DNA of 64,000 bases from Diadema antillarum (taxonomy: Eukaryota), in assembly GCF_040938485.1 (NCBI RefSeq), contig NW_027272677.1, forward strand, positions 62,001 through 126,000. The letters run 5' to 3'. The position numbers and the translations under genes were made by a program. A model generated the notes under the pieces. It worked only from the letters and a program-made list of their open reading frames with translations, did no database searches and was not told the origin of the DNA. Shown here piece after piece: positions 39,801 to 49,000 of the stretch; position 1 is the stretch's first letter, and every line of letters begins with the position of its first letter.

Positions 39801-41431
39801 GTTGTAATCATGTTAATTGTTGTAAATAGTGTGATTTTGTATAATTTTTCAATAAAACTTAAAAAAAAGTTTACAATAAACAGCTAGCATGCACGGCACT
39901 GAGTTTTGATAGGGAGGTGAGAGGAATCACCTCCCTGGTTTTAAGGATGTCAACAACAGTAGGCTTAGTACACACAATGTGATCCTTGAATACACCGTGC
40001 GTGTATGTACTATGCACAATCACTAGCTTGTACATGCGCTTTCCATAGCCAACTGGCTAACCAGAAGCGGGGAGGGATCGAGAAAATTTCGGGCTGATGG
40101 AGACGCACCCAAAATAGCGCGCTATTTCACGAACTAGACCAAGATTTTGGGGGAAATTTTCCCAATCAAATAGCGCGCTATTTGCGTCTTCACTACACAG
40201 ATAGCGCGCTATTTTGACATCGGACTAGTTTGGTAACCGCAAGATAGCACGCTATTTTGAAACTTCGGGCTGATGAAGACACGCCTTTTGAAACCACCCC
40301 ATGAAGGTGGTTTCAGAACCTGACCTGATCGGCTGCTATACAGTGGAAACTCAGTATAGCGAGATCCTTTGGAACCAAGACAATTTGTTCTTTATGTCAG
40401 ATTTTTTGTTATATAGTAGTCAATGAATAATACAAAACCAAGGAAACAAATTCATTGGGACCAGAGAAATTAGTCTGTTCTTTCAGGTATTTTGTTTTAT
40501 CAAATCTCTTTATATCAAATTTCCACTGTAGTAGGCTTCAGAACCCTCTTTTGCTTAGGTTAGATAGGGTGTTCAATTCATTTACTAGTATGCCAGGTTT
40601 GCCTTCCTGGTAGACTTAAACCAGACTGCAACAATGGTTCACTACAAAAGAAGTGGCACTGCAGACACCCACAAATGGATTCATGATTAAACAGATGGAT
40701 AAACAGAACAAAGAGAACAAGAGAGACAGACAGACAGACAGACAGAGATGGGCAAAGCGAAATGTTTTAACAAGATTCCTGGAAGAGTACTTATCTTGGC
40801 TTATCTAATCATTTGTAAATAAAAAGTCTGGAATTAAAAAAAATGAAAAACAATACATATGTAAACATTACACAGAAAGGATAGGCTTTCTACTACACGC
40901 TTCAACAGACAAAGCACATCAACCCACTGGTAAAATACAATACTATTTTTGTCATTCTTTTTTTTTTTTACACTTCAAAGAAGTGTTTCTGTGTAATTCA
41001 TCATTTCACAAAGAGGTCTCTTGAGAAGAGGTTTTTTTTTTTTACTCATATCTCATGTTGAGTCTGCAGATTTCTTCTTCAACAACATTCCTGCATTAAT
41101 CCACCTCTTCATCGCAGATTAAATGGAAACAGATGTACAATTGTATCATTACATGTATCCTTACAAGGAAAATGTCAATGAGTGGCAGTACATATTTTTA
41201 AAAAAATGTTGAAGTTCAAAGGGCCTGTCCTTACATAGGTACCCATTACAGGCAGAGCTGAAGAAACATATCTTCACACTTGCCTCAAATTGGTAACTGC
41301 TGAAGTATCTAAGACACCCAAGCAGTGACTTTCGGTTGCCCTTAGTAAGCATACATGTTGGTTGGAAGCATCTTGTAATGTCTGAGAGCAGACCTGGAAA
41401 CACCCTTATAAATCAAACATATGCACAAAGA

Positions 41432-41464
<33 letters not shown>

Positions 41465-44400
41465 CATACATATACACAAACCATGTATACATTCATACTT
41501 TTAATATATATGCTCTCCATAACTACCTACCTACTTTTCTACATGGTACAAACGTATACATACATACATGTACATAATACTTTAGAGGAATTAGAGCAAT
41601 ACTTGAGCTGGCATTACAAACAAACATATGACTTCTGGAGTTTAACAGTGCACCAACTATAAAACCTAAACAGACAAAATCTGCATGTATTAAAACTAAC
41701 AAGAGTCCAAACTACCTGTCTCACACACTATTACAGCACATGATTTCATGTTATGCCTGTATCATACTCATCTTTCATCTCTTATTAGGAATATAATGGA
41801 CTACACACATTGCAGATTAAATGAATGCATTCTGACATCAAACAAGATTTGCATACTTGTACATTTGTACACACTAATGTTGTTTGATATGTTTGTTGGA
41901 TTGATCCATGGCTTCTGGTGAATAATTTGACATTCTTTTCATGTTTGCCTAATCAAGACACGCAAATTCTCAACCTGCACTCTAACTCGGCCTTATGAAT
42001 GTCTCACAGGCTGCAGTCTGCATAATCAGCCATTGACATTTTCAGACTGTCCCACATTCATACTGTACGTGTACGTGGCATGGGTCAGCAGCCACATATT
42101 AGCTCTGTGATCATTCTGTGAATACATATTAGGCTTGGAAGAATAGTGAAATATGTTTACGATAAGAAGGTGTATCATAACATCTGATGCATTTGTACTT
42201 TATACATGTCACCTAGAAATATTTGGGTAATCTGATTTCAAAGTTGGTCAACCGGAATGAGACGAGATCCCTTGCATTTTATGTTAAACCAAAAATAATG
42301 ACAAGAAATGCCCCTGAAAAAGACAAGGATCACCAGATCCAGCAAAAAGGGGCTTTGCTTTGCTACCATTACACATGTACATTCCTTTCCTCTGCTGTTA
42401 TTGAATGAAATCATTGTGTCTATTGTTGATTCTTGGGATCATAAATCACGCACACAAGTCTCTGTCTGGTTGCAAAAATGTGGTCTTTCACAATCATTTC
42501 TGTGGATAATTATCAAGCCAGCAGAACCTAGTTCTCTGCTTTCAATGCAGTATACATATTTTGCAGATTGCACAAATGATAAAGTGCACAAATGATAAAG
42601 TACACAACTGCAGCTCTTTCCAGCACTGTATAATGTTGATCATGCACTTGTACCTGCAAACTTATCATTTTTATCAAATAAATGAATAAATAAAACAGAC
42701 TCTGGAACTCCTTATGGAAAATGTGTTTCTTCTAAATATATTGTGAATCACTATTTGGATAAGACCCAAACCAAATCTGGTTCCACATCACTTTTCTACA
42801 CAGCTCGATATATCAAACATGTCCACTCCAGCTACTTGCACCAAGCCGACCAGGAGAGGGAGGGAGTAAGACTGCCTTCAGTCTTGAATAAGACTAGTCT
42901 GCACACAGAGACAAAGGGGGAGGTACTGGTACTCGTCAAGATGCTGGGATTCTCAGGATTCTCAACTCAGCACAACATTATGTAGATTCAGTAGAACTGG
43001 GACAGCCCCAAAGCAGTATCCTGGAACATCACATTACTATGTATCTGACGCAACTTAAACACTCATAAGTGTCACACGCAGAAAATAAAGAAAATGAAAA
43101 AAGAAAATAAAGAATAAGTTGTGTGATTTTCATAACTTCTGAATCTTTCAATCATATAATCATGAAACACATAAAATGACTGCCCTACAGTCATGTCTTC
43201 ATGGCAGTAATTTTTACTGACCAATTAACTATACAATGTCAAGATATTATTTTGCAATGGAAAATAATATGTACAGTACAAATGTAGCTACAGAAAATGA
43301 GATTAAGATTTTAGCTCATTATCAATATATGAGTACATATCAAGTAAGATACAAATGTATGTATCAGCATGTAGATATTACATGTATATCATACGCAATG
43401 TGTGCATTAGCTTGTGTGTGTGTCTGTCTGTATGTATAAGCATAGAGAATACTTGCCTGCAAGTAAAGTTGCATGTTCGTGCGTGTGGGACAAATTCTGT
43501 CTGGAACTGCCCTGGGAGAGCTCGTATGAAGTGATTTAATTACCTTCTTGCTATGCGAGTTCAAAATGCTGCCAAGCACTGAAGGAACACTATTAAAGCT
43601 GCACTACAAGTTTGCAGGACATGATATCTTATTTTATACATGTTTTAAATGTGTTATATTTTTCTTTTTTGCAATGAAAGTGTCCTAGGGCAATATCCCA
43701 CCCTAAAAAGAGCATGCATAGTTACCCGGTACTATACAATTGTGAATGTATAGGGCTACACATTTCATCACTGGCCAAAACGTTATGCACAAAGGGAAAG
43801 GGCAGTGAAGACAGGGTGTCTGTGGTGGCTCATTTGGATCACTATAATCTTTAAATCTGAAACTTTGGTAGCCGGAAATAAAAATGTACTGGCCCCAAAT
43901 CAGGTAAGGAAACATAACAATCCAATTTGAATCTTAAGTGTTCGGTCAGGCCACCAAAAGACAGCCTTTTAAGAAAAGTTACTCCATTTACTCATGCCAC
44001 CAATGTTTGACAGCAGGAGAGGGTTAAACCTTACATTTATACGGTTAGAGGGATAAACTTCTCTTTCTGGAAACAAGATTGATACATTTCAGATGCAGCC
44101 TAGATGCATTTCAAATTTCCTTAAGTCTGCTATGTTTACACATAGCATTATCAGTATACCTGTAGATTCAACTGCAATGATTGTTAGTAATTCTGTTTAT
44201 GGCAAACAGAACAAATTAGCAAATTCTGCCAGCACTTCAGAACACTGTGTTTGAAAGATGATATAATTTGCTACACACATTTGCTCACCACAATGTGAAG
44301 CAGCTGTATCATCAGAATGTTAGCCATCATGCAAATTACAAGGGAGCAAGTAACATCTTGACTGCTTCATTCTCCAATAAGCCTTCATGCATACACTGTA

Positions 44401-46034
44401 TCAGCTAATTATGATCTTAGCCGGCAAATACTACATAGGAGTCTAGCATCACAACAGTAGCCCATCACACCTTTAAATGGATGCAAGGCATGGGGGGGGG
44501 GGGGGGGGGGGGCTACCAGCTGAACGCTAGAGTAAACATAGAAACCATTTCAAGTGGGAATAAGATGTTTTTCCACAAGCGATATATGCGGCTGTTTCCT
44601 TCTGCATCCCTCCAGAAAACTTTCCAAATTGCCTGACTGTTGCCATGGCAACATTGATGTCATCTGCGTCTCTTTGCTCCAGTGACAGTTTGTGGAGATT
44701 TGCTGTAAACAACCTTGAGTGTGGGGGAGTGCACGTGCTACTGGGTAAGAGAGGAAATGCAGCAATATGCCCAGCAGCGGCAATGTCTACATGCTGCTGG
44801 CACAAGATATAGCCATTACAGGGCTATTGCAGCTAATGGTGATTACAGTCATTACATTCTACGTTTGTGGACAAAATGCTGCAGTATTCAAGGGTAGCAA
44901 TGGCGCTTGATATCCACATCTACCCGACACTAGTATCTAAAGAGAGCTTACAAGTATACATACATGATAATAGGAGATAATATCTGGTTGAATGACAAAT
45001 GAGATGTTTTTTGTAGAATCAAATTATACTTAGAATGCACAGAATGAAACATACCAGTACATAAATTGTTTGTCAGCACAAAATCATTGATCTGGCATTG
45101 TTGTTACACATTCTGGTACCAAATTCCACACAAATTACCTATGAAATCATTACCATAATACGGATATCAATATTAATATCAACATACAGTTGTAAGTGCA
45201 TTTAAATACATACCTACAATACCTACTGTACCTACAATTGTACGATGACGCTCAGTAAGTTAAAGACTCAGTAAGTGAAAGACGCTCAGTAAGTTAAAGA
45301 GTTTAGCATTAACTGTGTCAAAAATAACCGGAAAAACATTAATTTACATCGTTACTGTAGTTCTATTGGTGTATGTGAGCTAACAAACATACAAATGTTC
45401 TTAGTTCACAGGAAACCATTTACTCTTTTTTTTTGTACTTCATAGGCTTCCCATGGCACAGATGAGTCATGTGACAACAGTGCCAAAGCATGTGAGTGAA
45501 ATATAGATAAGTCTTGATCTAGCATAATTTAGACTTCAATTGCATGAACAGTCTTTGAGGAAAAATTCTGGATGAAATTTCATTTTTAATCTTCACATGC
45601 TACGTTGTACCATTTAATAAACTGCTATGGAATTTGAGAAAAATATATTGTACCAAGACAGCTCCACAAAGAAATTGAATTTCCTTGATTGAAGAAGAGG
45701 GTAGACACCACCTTCCCCAACAAAATCATAATCATAATTATAATAAATGAGTGACATCATTACCATACCAATGTCGAGAAGAGCCTTTCCCCTCTTCACT
45801 CCCTCTCTTTCTTACTCTCTTATCTGTCTGTTTATCTCTATTTTTTTTTTTCTAGACCTCTCTTTTTCCTCCATTGTTTTGCTCATCCTTGTTACCAAGA
45901 ATGATGTGGTGTTCTTCAGGGGAATAAATCATGTTACTCATCCCTCCTCCACAGCAGAAGACAGATAGACGGTGGGCAGAGAATGCCCATCATTTCAGTA
46001 GCACACACCTCTGACTCAATACATGCACACACAC

Positions 46035-46095
<61 letters not shown>

Positions 46096-49000
46096 GTACT
46101 GCACTCATTCTCTCTTTTCCCACCCCACCCCCCTATTACACAATTCCATAAGATTGCAGGAGGAACTAACATCCCTTTCATTCAAATGTACATCATTCAA
46201 AGTCTGTTTTTTAGGGTCCGGGCTTCCAACTACTTCAGATTGGTCTTGTGTATCATACATGTAGTATTCCAGATATGAATTTAAGAAGTGGTTGGTCCAG
46301 TCCATTTTCCAAATTTGAACTGCCTCTGGGAAGAGGTTTTTGAGACTGTTCAAGCTATCTCAGTCTTGGTTTCAGCATGCTGCATACTGGAAACAGTTCG
46401 AGAAAATGAGCTTTAAGTAGACTAGAATCTGATATTTAGGGGCACACAGAATGATGTACACATGTATTATATAACATCCTATAAAATCATGAGCAATATG
46501 TACAGTATACATCAAGTGGGTAAATTTCCCATTAAATGGAATTTAGTGGCTTAAATTTTGAGAAAAGCACTAACATGGTATCTACATACTGTAAAACATG
46601 ATATTTTAGCAGCATGAAATTTTCGCATGGTGTCTCTGGCATTCAATACATACAGCGTAGACAAGAGCCTTCGCGTGTATTTTGATTTCGCGAACCTTGG
46701 CTCTCACGAAATTTGTGATATTAAAATGCACGCAAACATTCCTCGTTTTACAGTACATGTATGTTCACATACACTGTACATCTTGGAATATACTGTACAT
46801 ATTGGTAAGTGGCACTGGGGATCCTGAAGAATAGAAATGCATCTCAAAAACACATTGCTAGTGGCATATTAATTACGCTAACTACATTAATCACGGCAGT
46901 GTATTCTTGTACTCTTTATTGTTTATTTTCTGGCTGTTGGCATTGGTTATGCAATTATTGCAAATTACAATGATTGCAAAGCTCTTTGTGCACCTGGTCA
47001 GCCTTCCTTTACAGTATGTACTTATTCGAATTAGGCCTACATGAATAAGAACAACCCTAAAACACAAATTACAAACCAGAACACTTTTACCATTGCTACT
47101 ACACAAGTCTAAGAGTGACAAGAAATTATCGGTATTAGTAACAATGATGATGGTAATACAAACAATAATTATAATAGTATCAATAATAATAAAAATCATG
47201 ATAATAACCACAGTCATAATCACAAAAACAATACGGATAATCAGCGTTTGAATCACTACATCACTACTATAATCATGTTTTTTCAAGTCATACTCTTTCT
47301 GCAGCACACTAGCCTTAATTGTATCACTCCATCTATAGGGAGCGATCCATGCATGGGTAAACAAAACAGTAAAAAGAGCATTATGAATGTTTCAGGTCAT
47401 TTCAATGTTTACAACAGCAGGGTAGTACATACAATGTTTATATTTGGTTAGTCTGTCTTTTTTATATCACCACCACAATCATCATAAAGAAGTTGTAAAC
47501 CAGTTGGATGTTACGATACCAGTATTAAGTACTCAATATCAATTTCTGGTATTGTTCTGCAGTCACAACATATTTTTTTTCTTCTCTCTCTTCATTTTGT
47601 TTTTCTACCTAACCTTGATATCTACACTGGCTTTTTGTGTGAGCTACAGTACGTGGCCTTTGGTACTGGTAGATACATACTGTATTACTGGACTATGTCT
47701 TATTAATAGTAATAGGATTCATTTAAGCATGTACATGTACCATCTGTAATACCTGATTCTTAATTTTGAAATAGGCATATATACATGTACGAAGTGTAAG
47801 TAGAACGCATACATGTGGTCTTGGCTCTACAGCATCCTCTAAAAGCAAGGCCACAACAGAAAGCACAAAGCAAGTTAACAGGTCACACTCACCCTTCCAT
47901 TTACAGATTCTTTTATTCTTATAAATGTAGGGCACCTCGATGCATCAAACAGCTTACTGATTCAGTAAATCCCCACTGTCTGATACAAACATACAATGGT
48001 ACAATAGGACTGCCTGCCAGTACATTATTATTTTCTGTCTGTTTATCCCCTCTTCCATCCTAACTCCTTGACCAGGTAGCCTTGTCCTCTGCACTCTTTT
48101 GTTGTGCAATTCTGCAAGCAAGGCAATGAAAAAAGCACCAGGTAGTGAAACACCTTTTGCTTGGAGAAAGGTGACCCACCATTATTCTTAATAACAAAGG
48201 ACCTAAAAGTTATACTTCTACATGATGCAGTTATCACTGCAGGAGAACAATAGCTCCAGTGCAGCAAGATCCATTCCAGCCCCGAGGCATTCCATACTAG
48301 AGCCTGAAGATGCACGTATACATTAAATTCTACATTTTTTTTTCTACTTCTAACAACAAAAAATGCAGTATTTCACACCATAATACCAGAAGATCAGACT
48401 TAACGAATTTCATTCCTACATGACATATTAATCTATAAATCTTACATTTCTGTTGGCTACATGTCTTCAAATCAAACAATATTGAACAGATCAATACGAA
48501 TAATACCCAGCTCCTGTAAAATATCATTGTCCAATTATCAAGTCAGCCAAACTAATGATGACATTATTACAAAAATATGCTCACCTACATGGCTGACACA
48601 CTCATTTTGGAGCTCCGATTTCCATGCTATTTTCACATTACTAACTGTTTGTCTTAGTCTGCATTTTTGTTACCATCCATCAGAAGAAGTAAACAAAGAT
48701 TGAAGCATTTGGTGTTTCAATTTCAATTTAATTTTTTTTTCAAAGTTTTACTCTTTAGCTTTACCAAGAAAGTTAAATTCATTTGTTTTTATCATATCTT
48801 CATATCATTGTTAATCAAGAGTACCACGGTAATCTAATATTTATTCTGATAGTAATGATTATGATTGTAAACATGTGCAATGCAGCCTTTGGTTGCCAGA
48901 CATGATTTTAATACAACCTGTTCAACTAATCAATCAATCCATCAAAAACAAAAAAACAAAAAAATCTTCCAAAATATTCTGAACATTAAATAACATGAAA

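Noticed and set aside
46891-47364. 157-aa hydrophobic ORF resembling a membrane protein
   Set aside because: Ile/Val richness comes from an AT-rich ATA/ATC low-complexity tract in SOS intron 1.
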